Positions 25,865-32,000 of a DNA stretch of 32,000 bases are shown piece by piece. Below the pieces are notes generated by a model that was given only the letters and a program-made list of their open reading frames with translations, ran no database searches and had not been told where the DNA came from. Both the position numbers and the translations under genes were made by a program. Position 1 is the stretch's first letter; every line of letters begins with the position of its first letter. Source of the stretch: Candidatus Omnitrophota bacterium (GTDB lineage Bacteria > Omnitrophota > Gorgyraeia > Zapsychrales > JANLHA01); NCBI GenBank assembly GCA_963662715.1, contig OY759724.1:2610001-2642000 (forward strand). Reading direction: 5' to 3'.

Positions 25865-28111
25865 ATGATAGTCCTCTTATGCCTGCTGTTATTTGTTCCC
25901 CCGAGTGCTTATGCTCAGGATCCCCCCGCGACTTCTCTCGTGGCAGAAATAGAAGTCCCTTCAGCTCATGCTTTAGTGCGCGGGGACGTCCCTGTCTATG
26001 GCCGTGCTTACGGACCGGCTTTTAAAGAGTTCTTCTTGGAATATGGACAAGGACCTGCTCCTCAGGAATGGAGTTTAATTCATCACTCAACTGAGCCGCA
26101 AGAGACATTGAAGGGATTGTCATCTGTAAACTTTGATTTAGTAAAAACTGTAGCCGGGAATTTGGGGATGTGGACCACGGGATTGACCGAATACGATTAT
26201 GGTGATTATGATGTTGACCTTCCGATCGGCACATATACTTTACGCTTGAGGGTGGTGGACATCTCCGGTAGAGAAGTTGAAATGCGGGTTCCTGTTGAAG
26301 TGGGCCGGGTAGCTTTAAACTGTATGGCCAACAGGATTGACAGTCCAGACCAAGAGGCGGTTTTATTGATCCCGGAACACGCTATGGAAGTTCCGGCAAA
26401 AGTGTTTGCGTTAATATCCATCCCAACCCCTACACATATTCAAAACAGTAGCGAGAATTTTAAATTAGTAAGCCGATTGTTCCGTTTAAGGCCGGTGGGA
26501 ATGCCGTTCACTTTACCGGTCCGTTTAAACATTCAATATGACCCGCTTAAGGTGAAGGAGCCCGGGCATGTCGGGATATGCGCTTATAATGTCCGACAGA
26601 AGATGTGGGCTGTTTACCCGTCAATTTTGCTCCCAGAAGGGGCTGCCGAGACCGTGCTTGAATCTATCCCAGATGAGTTGGCTATCTTCGGCGTATTCGA
26701 AAGTCAGGAGATCGATAATAAAACATGGCAGGAACAGCCTGGACCAGTGAGGAAAATTGTCTGGACAACATTATGCCATAATACTTTTGATGATGGGCCG
26801 GGGAGTTGGAAGAACAAGCATGGCTCCAAAGGCGCGCAACTGGAGGTTATGGACTGCGGTCCTTCACAGGGGAAATGTTTAAAATTGAGTAATAGGCCCG
26901 GAGAAGGGAATTTTGCCGCACAGGCGTATGATCAGGACTTTGATGCGGGCCGATATCCTTATCTTGACTTTGATTATAATATCCCGCCTGAAGTAAAGGT
27001 GAACGTGTTGTTGAAAGTCAACGGGCAATGGTTTGATATTGTTTTCACTGATGATGAAAAGACTTACTGGGATTTGCATATGGAAAAGATCGGAACAGTG
27101 GAAGATGCTCATAGAGATAGGGCGTGGCATCATGCGCGTCTGAACATTTATAATATGCTTAAAGGCCATACCGAATCTTTTCTCGTGGAAGAGATTGTTT
27201 TTGCTGATTGGGATTCGACGGGTTTTAAACAATTAGAATTCGGCACAACTCCAAAAGGGGCGCAGTATTTTATCGATAATTTTAAGATTAGTTCCTCTCA
27301 GTATTTCTGGCAAATAGGATGGGACGATCATTCGGCAGAAGAATTTGGAGCCCCTTTGATCCGGGACGCAAAATATACTTATATGTTACAGCAACCTTTC
27401 AAAACTTTTCCCAAGGAATGGCCTGAGGATGTCACGATCAAATTTTCTGTGCCGAAGGATATCCCGGAAATGTCGTATCGGTTGACAATAAAATTTGTCG
27501 ACTCTCAAACACGGCTGACACAGCCTGAGATGAGAATAGCGAATAATCAAGTTCTAATTCCACAAGGCCATATTATGATATCCCCGAATCGTCTTGATGT
27601 TATTCTGGATTCTCTTGCTCCCGGGGCCCATTCCCTTCGAATTAAGAATTTGGCCGTAGATGGATATCTGGATTCTCTATCCTTATGTCCTCTAGGGCCG
27701 GGGCCTTGGGTCCTGGCGACGGTTCCCCAGGATGAAAAACAACAATGCCTTTTTCTGGGGGAATCATTTGAGCCGCAGAATTCCCAAACACTTAGTCTTT
27801 ATCATGAGGATCGGTTAATTCTGTATTTTTATCCCCTTTCATTAGAATCCCGGTATAAAATAGAAATTATTCCTGTCCCTCATCGGGGGCTGTCCGAAAG
27901 TTCCTGGTTGAACTTAAGAAAGATGCAGGTATTTATCAATAATGAAATGTTTAAAGAGGTGATTTATGGAAATACTGACCATGCGTTAGAATTTTTAATT
28001 CCGGAAAAGTATTTAAGAAAAGGTATAAACTCAGTGTCTTTTCAATCTGCTCCATCCCAGGGGATTTTTTTGAAAAAAATTACTATTTTGAAGGATCCGG
28101 CGGCTCAATAA
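25865..28111 (+). CDS. large secreted protein, unknown function (N-terminal Ig-like beta-sandwich; central jelly-roll/CBM-like region ending YFIDNFKI)
   Basis: Signal peptide MIVLLCLLLFVPPSAYAQDP. It starts 35 nt after the TPR gene, so it is probably co-transcribed. IGTYTLRLRVVDISGREVEMRVPVEV is typical of Ig-like surface domains. No family confidently recognised. Confidence 0.65.
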   Translation: MIVLLCLLLFVPPSAYAQDPPATSLVAEIEVPSAHALVRGDVPVYGRAYGPAFKEFFLEYGQGPAPQEWSLIHHSTEPQETLKGLSSVNFDLVKTVAGNLGMWTTGLTEYDYGDYDVDLPIGTYTLRLRVVDISGREVEMRVPVEVGRVALNCMANRIDSPDQEAVLLIPEHAMEVPAKVFALISIPTPTHIQNSSENFKLVSRLFRLRPVGMPFTLPVRLNIQYDPLKVKEPGHVGICAYNVRQKMWAVYPSILLPEGAAETVLESIPDELAIFGVFESQEIDNKTWQEQPGPVRKIVWTTLCHNTFDDGPGSWKNKHGSKGAQLEVMDCGPSQGKCLKLSNRPGEGNFAAQAYDQDFDAGRYPYLDFDYNIPPEVKVNVLLKVNGQWFDIVFTDDEKTYWDLHMEKIGTVEDAHRDRAWHHARLNIYNMLKGHTESFLVEEIVFADWDSTGFKQLEFGTTPKGAQYFIDNFKISSSQYFWQIGWDDHSAEEFGAPLIRDAKYTYMLQQPFKTFPKEWPEDVTIKFSVPKDIPEMSYRLTIKFVDSQTRLTQPEMRIANNQVLIPQGHIMISPNRLDVILDSLAPGAHSLRIKNLAVDGYLDSLSLCPLGPGPWVLATVPQDEKQQCLFLGESFEPQNSQTLSLYHEDRLILYFYPLSLESRYKIEIIPVPHRGLSESSWLNLRKMQVFINNEMFKEVIYGNTDHALEFLIPEKYLRKGINSVSFQSAPSQGIFLKKITILKDPAAQ

Positions 28112-28211
28112 AGCTGTTTGCCGTGAATAACGTTATTTATGCTTTTTGAGTTTCTTCGGGAATATCTTTAAGACACGATTGGCCATGAATTGTGAATAAT
28201 AAGGGGGGAGC

Positions 28212-28240
28212 TTGCAATTGTCTGTTGAATGTTTTATATT
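28212..28240 (+). promoter_or_regulatory. candidate sigma70-type promoter for the riboswitch-regulated transcript
   Basis: TTGCAA (28212-28217), exactly 17-nt spacer, TATATT (28235-28240). It is about 30 nt upstream of the aptamer. Confidence 0.45.
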
Positions 28241-28269
28241 TTAACTGAGCAAGAATCGCTGATGCTTGA

Positions 28270-28360
28270 CTATGACGAAAAGGCAAACCCATCGTAAGGT
28301 GGGGACGCAAAGCTGAAGGATCCTGTCAAAGTAAGGATAGCCTGGCTACCGAATCGACTT
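28270..28360 (+). promoter_or_regulatory. c-di-GMP-I (GEMM-I) riboswitch aptamer
   Basis: ACGAAAAGGCAAACC-CAUC-GUAA-GGUGGG-GACGCAAAGC...AUCCU-GUCAAAGUA-AGGAU-AGCCUGGCUACCGAAUCG. Compare V. cholerae Vc2: ACGCACAGGGCAAACC-AUUC-GAAA-GAGUGG-GACGCAAAGCC...GCGGGGUUACCGAUGG. It has a 6-bp hairpin capped by the GNRA loop GUAA, the conserved ACGCAAAGC junction, a second hairpin, and the conserved 3' UACCGA. I could not define the P1 stem cleanly by eye. Confidence 0.8.
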
Positions 28361-28377
28361 AATTACCAGACAATTTT

Positions 28378-28415
28378 GCCTAATCCTGCTATTGAAGGAT
28401 TAGGCTTTTATATTT
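28378..28415 (+). terminator. intrinsic terminator serving as the riboswitch expression platform
   Basis: GCCTAATCC (28378-28386) / GGATTAGGC (28397-28405) perfect 9-bp stem, 10-nt loop, then TTTTATATTTT. It lies between the aptamer and the RBS AGGGAGGGA / ATG 28431. Confidence 0.7.
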
Positions 28416-28430
28416 TAAAGGGAGGGAGAC

Positions 28431-29240
28431 ATGAAAAAAAAGATTTTAGTGGTAGACGACGAACGGGACGTCGTGCAGTTCATGAGCCGCAAGCTTGAGC
28501 GGGCCAATTACATGCCGTTCATTGCTTTCGACGGTAAAGACGGGTTCGATATCGCCCGGGTGCAGGATATCGATCTTATCTGTACGGATATTGTTATGCC
28601 GGGACTGGATGGGTATCATTTCTTCAAGAAGTTAAAGGAGTCCAAGAAGAATGCCAATGTTCCTATCGTTGTTTTCAGTGCCTATGCCAACCACGAACAG
28701 ACCTTTAGAGAACTGGGCGCTTCGGATTTCCTGGCCAAGCCGTTTGACGGGCAGGCTCTGCTGGAGACTGTCGAGCGGATTCTGAAACGGGCCAGCCTGC
28801 AGAACACCATCAAAAGCGTGAAAGAAAAGGGGATAAGCGGAAAAATTTTATTGCATGTCGGACCGGGCAGTATTGTTCAGGATGTTGTACGCCTGATTCA
28901 GGATCCGGATTCTAAAATCGAAATAAAATGCGCGGAGAACAGCAAGGATCTTCTTGATGAAGCTCTCAGAAATCCTCCGGACGTTATTTTTGTCGATGCC
29001 TTGCGGGAGGATGTTCCTGCGCATAAGACAATCAAAATGTTCAGGAGTTATCCTCTGCTCAAGGATTTGACGATATTGGTCTATGCCAACACAACGGATG
29101 CGGAAAAGCAGAACAGGGGTTATGAAGCGCGGTTGGAGAAAATCAAGAAGCTTTGTCTGGAAGCCGGCGCTAATCAATTTGTCGGTCCTTTGACTCATGA
29201 GGTTTTGTTTTCGGCTTTAAACGATTATTGTACGAACTAG
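28431..29240 (+). CDS. response regulator: canonical REC domain plus C-terminal degenerate (pseudo-)receiver domain, no recognisable output domain
   Basis: REC1: ILVVDDERD, phospho-acceptor context DLICTDIVMPGLDG, VVFSA, AKPF. Second half: KILLHVGPGS (acidic pocket lost), DVIFVDAL, ILVYAN, ANQFVGPL, a receiver-like fold pattern. Confidence 0.85.
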   Translation: MKKKILVVDDERDVVQFMSRKLERANYMPFIAFDGKDGFDIARVQDIDLICTDIVMPGLDGYHFFKKLKESKKNANVPIVVFSAYANHEQTFRELGASDFLAKPFDGQALLETVERILKRASLQNTIKSVKEKGISGKILLHVGPGSIVQDVVRLIQDPDSKIEIKCAENSKDLLDEALRNPPDVIFVDALREDVPAHKTIKMFRSYPLLKDLTILVYANTTDAEKQNRGYEARLEKIKKLCLEAGANQFVGPLTHEVLFSALNDYCTN

Positions 29241-29312
29241 CGATATGCAGCGCCTTTGATTTTTTGCGTATTTGAAATAATATCATTTGTTAAGAAAGAA
29301 GGACATTGGAAA

Positions 29313-29350
29313 ACAGACAGCCGCGTTATCGCGGCTGTCTGTTCTTTTTA
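29313..29350 (+). terminator. strong rho-independent terminator after the response regulator gene
   Basis: ACAGACAGCCGCG (29313-29325) / CGCGGCTGTCTGT (29330-29342) perfect 13-bp stem, TTAT loop, then TCTTTTT. An A4 run on the 5' side allows some bidirectional activity. Confidence 0.8.
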
Positions 29351-29397
29351 TGTGTGTGTGGCTCTCCTGTCATGGGGTTCTTGTGTAATGACCCTAG

Positions 29398-30189
29398 TTA
29401 AGCAAGGATTTTTTTGTGTAGATCGAGTTCTTTGTTAATCCATCTTTTGTAAAACTCTTCAGGCGTAGCGAAGAATAATGCCTGATGAGGGAAATCGGTG
29501 TTGTAATCGTTGATCCAACGCTTGAAGTCATCTTGAAGATCAAATGGGTTGTCCCATTCATTGATCCAAATGAAATCTTCTTTGATTCTGCGGATGACGC
29601 GTTCGGTGTCAGCATTGCCTTTGGGGTTGGACCAGGTTGAGAAGATCTGCTTGATGCCGGCCAGTGAACAATTAAGCCTGAAGCGCCCGCTGGTGGGCTG
29701 ACAGCCATTGTCCGAGATCAGGTGCAGGTCATGATTCAGTGTGTCTTTGATGCCGTTTGGGAATCGGTTGTTGATGGCCATTTCCAGGGCATCCAGCCAG
29801 TCATCAGTCTTTGACTGGATGTTGAGGCTATAGCCGATAATTTCTTTGGTATACCAGTCTAGGACGATGGTCAGATAGAACCAGCCCCAGGTCGCCAGTT
29901 TGATTTTTGTCATATCGATACCCCAGAATTGATTGGGGTGAGAAGCTCGTGGTTTCCGGCGGAGGTTGCCACGCTTGGCCTTCAAGCGATCGTTGGGTTG
30001 AACCGTTAATTGATTTTCTTGCATGAGGCGTTGGACACAATTTTTGCCAATTTTGTAATGTTTACGGTTGTTTAAATAGGCCCAGACTGAACGGTATCCC
30101 CAGAGGGGATGTTGCTTTTTAATTTGTCGGATTTTGACTAAATGTTTTTGGTCTTGTTCGATACGCTTTAGAGAACGGCGTCTTTTCAT
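29398..30189 (-). CDS. IS3-family transposase OrfB (rve integrase core, DD(35)E)
   Basis: 263 aa. WGIDMT (D), LISDNGCQ (D), then E of NADTER exactly 35 residues later with K at +7. The ATG overlaps the OrfA stop (ATGA). The frame is open upstream back through the A9 run. Confidence 0.9.
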   Translation of the reverse strand: MKRRRSLKRIEQDQKHLVKIRQIKKQHPLWGYRSVWAYLNNRKHYKIGKNCVQRLMQENQLTVQPNDRLKAKRGNLRRKPRASHPNQFWGIDMTKIKLATWGWFYLTIVLDWYTKEIIGYSLNIQSKTDDWLDALEMAINNRFPNGIKDTLNHDLHLISDNGCQPTSGRFRLNCSLAGIKQIFSTWSNPKGNADTERVIRRIKEDFIWINEWDNPFDLQDDFKRWINDYNTDFPHQALFFATPEEFYKRWINKELDLHKKILA

Positions 30190-30461
30190 AACTCGTACTC
30201 GTTTTTTTTTAGTTCAACGGTCAAGTCGCCGATGATGCGTTTGAGTTTGGCGTTTTCTTTTTCAAGACGTTGCTCTTTCTGGGACTGTTGTTTGATGTCA
30301 AAGGCCATATGGCATTCTTTGAGGAACTGGTCGCGCCATTTGTAATATTGGGTTTGGCCAATTTGGTATTTGTTACAAAGTTTACTGATGTCGATTTTCC
30401 CGCTGAGGCCTTCAAGCACGATTTGGGTCTTTTGTTGGCTGGTCCATTGGCGTTTTTTCAT
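30186..30461 (-). CDS. IS3-family transposase OrfA (HTH plus leucine-zipper-like C-terminus)
   Basis: ATG at 30461 follows AAGGAG, with 10 nt between the AGGAG core and the ATG; I prefer it to the TTG at 30491. MKKRQWTSQQKTQIVLEGLSG...ISKLCNKYQIGQTQYYKWRDQF is typical of the IS3/IS911 OrfA HTH. The coiled-coil tail ends at the A9 slippery run (30202-30210). Confidence 0.85.
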   Translation of the reverse strand: MKKRQWTSQQKTQIVLEGLSGKIDISKLCNKYQIGQTQYYKWRDQFLKECHMAFDIKQQSQKEQRLEKENAKLKRIIGDLTVELKKNEYEL

Positions 30462-30528
30462 GGGAATTGGGCTCCTTTCCTTGGAACTCAATTCTACACC
30501 ATTTGTTTAAATTTGTTAACTAGGGTCA

Positions 30529-32000
30529 CTATACTTGTTCTTGCGGGAGATGCCTCATCCGGCGGGGTTTGCGGAATCCCAGCTTTCCCGTGATGGTCCG
30601 GTAGATATGAAAGAGATAGTACTTGGCATAAATGATGTGATCCGCTTCCTTTGTGAGCAATCCGGAGAGCAGGTCAAGCGTAAAAGCTATCCCTTCGTTA
30701 ATAAAAGGCGGAATCGCTTTGAAAAGACCCGGTTTAAGCTTTTTTCGGAATCTGACCGGTGTATAGGGAAGAAGTTTATAGATAACCTGGTAGATTTCGT
30801 AAATTTTGAGCTGGTCTTTGGAAATTAAATTATGGCTGTGTTTAAATGAATCCAGGGAAATGCCTTCATTTAACCGTTCGGCATCTTCGTGTGTGATAAG
30901 TCCCATCTCAAGAGCCGTTTTCTGAATGGCTGTCCCCGGATAAAAATTGACCCAGTAGGAATGGATTCTGGAGGGTGTGTTCCGGACATAGAACTGGCGG
31001 GCTGTCTCTTGCGCTTCGGGCGGTTCCCCGGGCAATCCCAGCATATGGTCTATGCGCGCCCGGATGCGGTATTTCTTTGTCAGGCGGATGATTTCGGCGG
31101 TTTTTTCTTTTGTCTCATGGCGTTTCAGATACTTGCGTTTGTATTCATCATCCAGGGACTGCACCCCTATCTGGGCGGCATAGCAGCCCGCGGCGGCGAG
31201 GCTTTTCACGGTCGGTTCGTCCAGATGGTTGACATGTGAGAAGATCTGGAAGGGTATCTGAATGTCTTTTTTATACGCTTCCAAGAAAGAATTCAGCCAT
31301 TTTTTATCAAACGTGAAAACATCATCAAAAAATTCTATCATACGGACGTTATACCGTTTTTTTGCCCAGCGCAGTTCCGTGAGCACATGATCGGCAGAAC
31401 GATAACGGACGTATTTCCCTTTATCTTTCTCCGGCAGATCTGCGAAAAAGCTGTTAAAGCAAAAGGTGCAGCGGTAGGGGCAGCCCCGGGACGCCATTGT
31501 GACATAATAGTCCGATAAATTAAAATAATCTTCCCATAAAGATTTATCGAAAAAGGGTAAGCTGTCCAGATCCTGAATAAATCCTGTCTGCGGGCCTTGA
31601 ATGATCTGTCCGTCAGCCGATTTGTATCTTGTGTTCGGCAGGGGAGAGGTGACCTCTCCTTTCTCAACCGCCTCCAGTATTTCTATAAAAGCGATATCCC
31701 CTTCTCCCAGGCAGATATAATCGACTTCCGGGCGGGCTATGACGCGTTCCGGAACGGCTGTCGTATGGACGCCGCCGAAAACTGTTTTGACGTGCGGGAA
31801 TATCTCTTTGGCTTTTTGTGCAATCGTGAGGGACCAGCGATAGGAACCTGAAAGGGGAGAAAAAGCAATGATGTCCGGCCGGTAATGTTCGATGGTATGC
31901 AGGACATCTTTTGTGTCATCAAAAAACCGGGATACAGGAGGGCAGGTCATATGCAGCCGGTCGTTGAATAAAGCAACACTGAAGGCCAAACGGACATCAT
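30529..32000 (-). CDS. B12-binding (class B) radical SAM enzyme, soluble type; 5' end beyond the window, 3' end altered by the IS3 insertion
   Basis: B12-binding region PDIIAFSPLSGSYRWSLTIAQKAKEIFPHVKTVFGGVHTT...YICLGEGDIAF. Cluster motif CPYRCTFC. The frame is open to the window edge (the track's start at 31989 is a TTG). The stop codon TAG (30529-30531) lies within the extended IS3 end. Confidence 0.85.
   Translation of the reverse strand, partial: DVRLAFSVALFNDRLHMTCPPVSRFFDDTKDVLHTIEHYRPDIIAFSPLSGSYRWSLTIAQKAKEIFPHVKTVFGGVHTTAVPERVIARPEVDYICLGEGDIAFIEILEAVEKGEVTSPLPNTRYKSADGQIIQGPQTGFIQDLDSLPFFDKSLWEDYFNLSDYYVTMASRGCPYRCTFCFNSFFADLPEKDKGKYVRYRSADHVLTELRWAKKRYNVRMIEFFDDVFTFDKKWLNSFLEAYKKDIQIPFQIFSHVNHLDEPTVKSLAAAGCYAAQIGVQSLDDEYKRKYLKRHETKEKTAEIIRLTKKYRIRARIDHMLGLPGEPPEAQETARQFYVRNTPSRIHSYWVNFYPGTAIQKTALEMGLITHEDAERLNEGISLDSFKHSHNLISKDQLKIYEIYQVIYKLLPYTPVRFRKKLKPGLFKAIPPFINEGIAFTLDLLSGLLTKEADHIIYAKYYLFHIYRTITGKLGFRKPRRMRHLPQEQV

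Larger units (their letters stand above)
29384..30533 (-). mobile_element. IS3-family insertion sequence, apparently intact (~1.15 kb)
   Basis: Terminal inverted repeats: TGTAATGACCCTAGTTAAGCAAGG... (29384->) versus the reverse complement of the right end, TATAGTGACCCTAGTTAACAAATT... (<-30533). The core TGACCCTAGTTAA is identical (29389-29401 / 30516-30528). A 4-bp direct repeat CTTG sits at 29380-29383 and 30534-30537. If only the TG...CA core ends (29389..30528) are real, there is no target duplication. Confidence 0.8.

Noticed and set aside
28125-28136. 12-bp palindrome AATAACGTTATT after the 748-aa gene as a terminator
   Set aside because: There is no loop, the stem is AT-only, and the T-run is not adjacent. 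It is unlikely to terminate transcription.
28274-28358. A clean P1 closing helix for the riboswitch
   Set aside because: I could only pair GACGA (28274-28278) with UCGAC (28354-28358), with one mismatch. The aptamer call therefore rests on the conserved junction and hairpin elements, and its exact boundaries are approximate.
29256-29438. 60-aa ORF between the response regulator gene and the IS3 element
   Set aside because: It spans the terminator hairpin and runs into the IS inverted repeat. It has no RBS and a (TG)5 microsatellite at 29351-29360. Most likely non-coding.
30537-30543. Longer direct repeat GTTCTTG (29377-29383 and 30537-30543) as the IS3 target duplication
   Set aside because: It would place the two IS ends asymmetrically relative to the conserved TGACCC core. 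The 4-bp CTTG repeat adjacent to symmetric ends is more consistent with IS3-family behaviour.

Overview
Bacterial window, densely coding on both strands, with clear Shine-Dalgarno sites and intrinsic terminators. I cannot place the organism; three B12-binding radical SAM genes suggest an anaerobe, but that is a guess.

Positions 1-17.9 kb look like core or membrane-related genes:
- a 5'-open membrane-anchored ORF
- two paralogous B12-binding radical SAM enzymes with N-terminal multi-TM domains (1832-3751 and 15300-17234, both minus strand)
- a tandem-domain TIGR04076-like Cys-rich protein
- an RlmK-like SAM methyltransferase
- a small PCP_red-domain protein
- a tandem pair of ParA/MinD-CpaF fusion ATPases with no other Tad or T2SS genes nearby
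- an MscS-family channel
- three uncharacterised membrane proteins
- a lipoprotein

Positions 17.9-30.5 kb look accessory. A very AT-rich 580-bp spacer precedes a giant secreted adhesin-like gene (LamG-like domain, 8 x ~81-aa repeats, PA14-like C-terminus). An intact IS256-family element splits this gene, and precise excision would restore a 1473-codon ORF. A TPR protein and a 748-aa secreted protein follow. Next comes a c-di-GMP-I (GEMM-I) riboswitch with a terminator expression platform, in front of a REC-pseudoREC response regulator. After that sits an intact IS3-family element with a DD(35)E OrfB and an A9 frameshift site, inserted at the extreme 3' end of a third B12-radical SAM gene that runs off the window.

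Best candidates for undescribed biology: the orphan tandem ParA-CpaF fusion ATPases, the membrane-embedded class-B radical SAM paralogues, and the riboswitch-linked adhesin module with an unassigned repeat family. All family calls come from motif recognition by eye; no searches were run.
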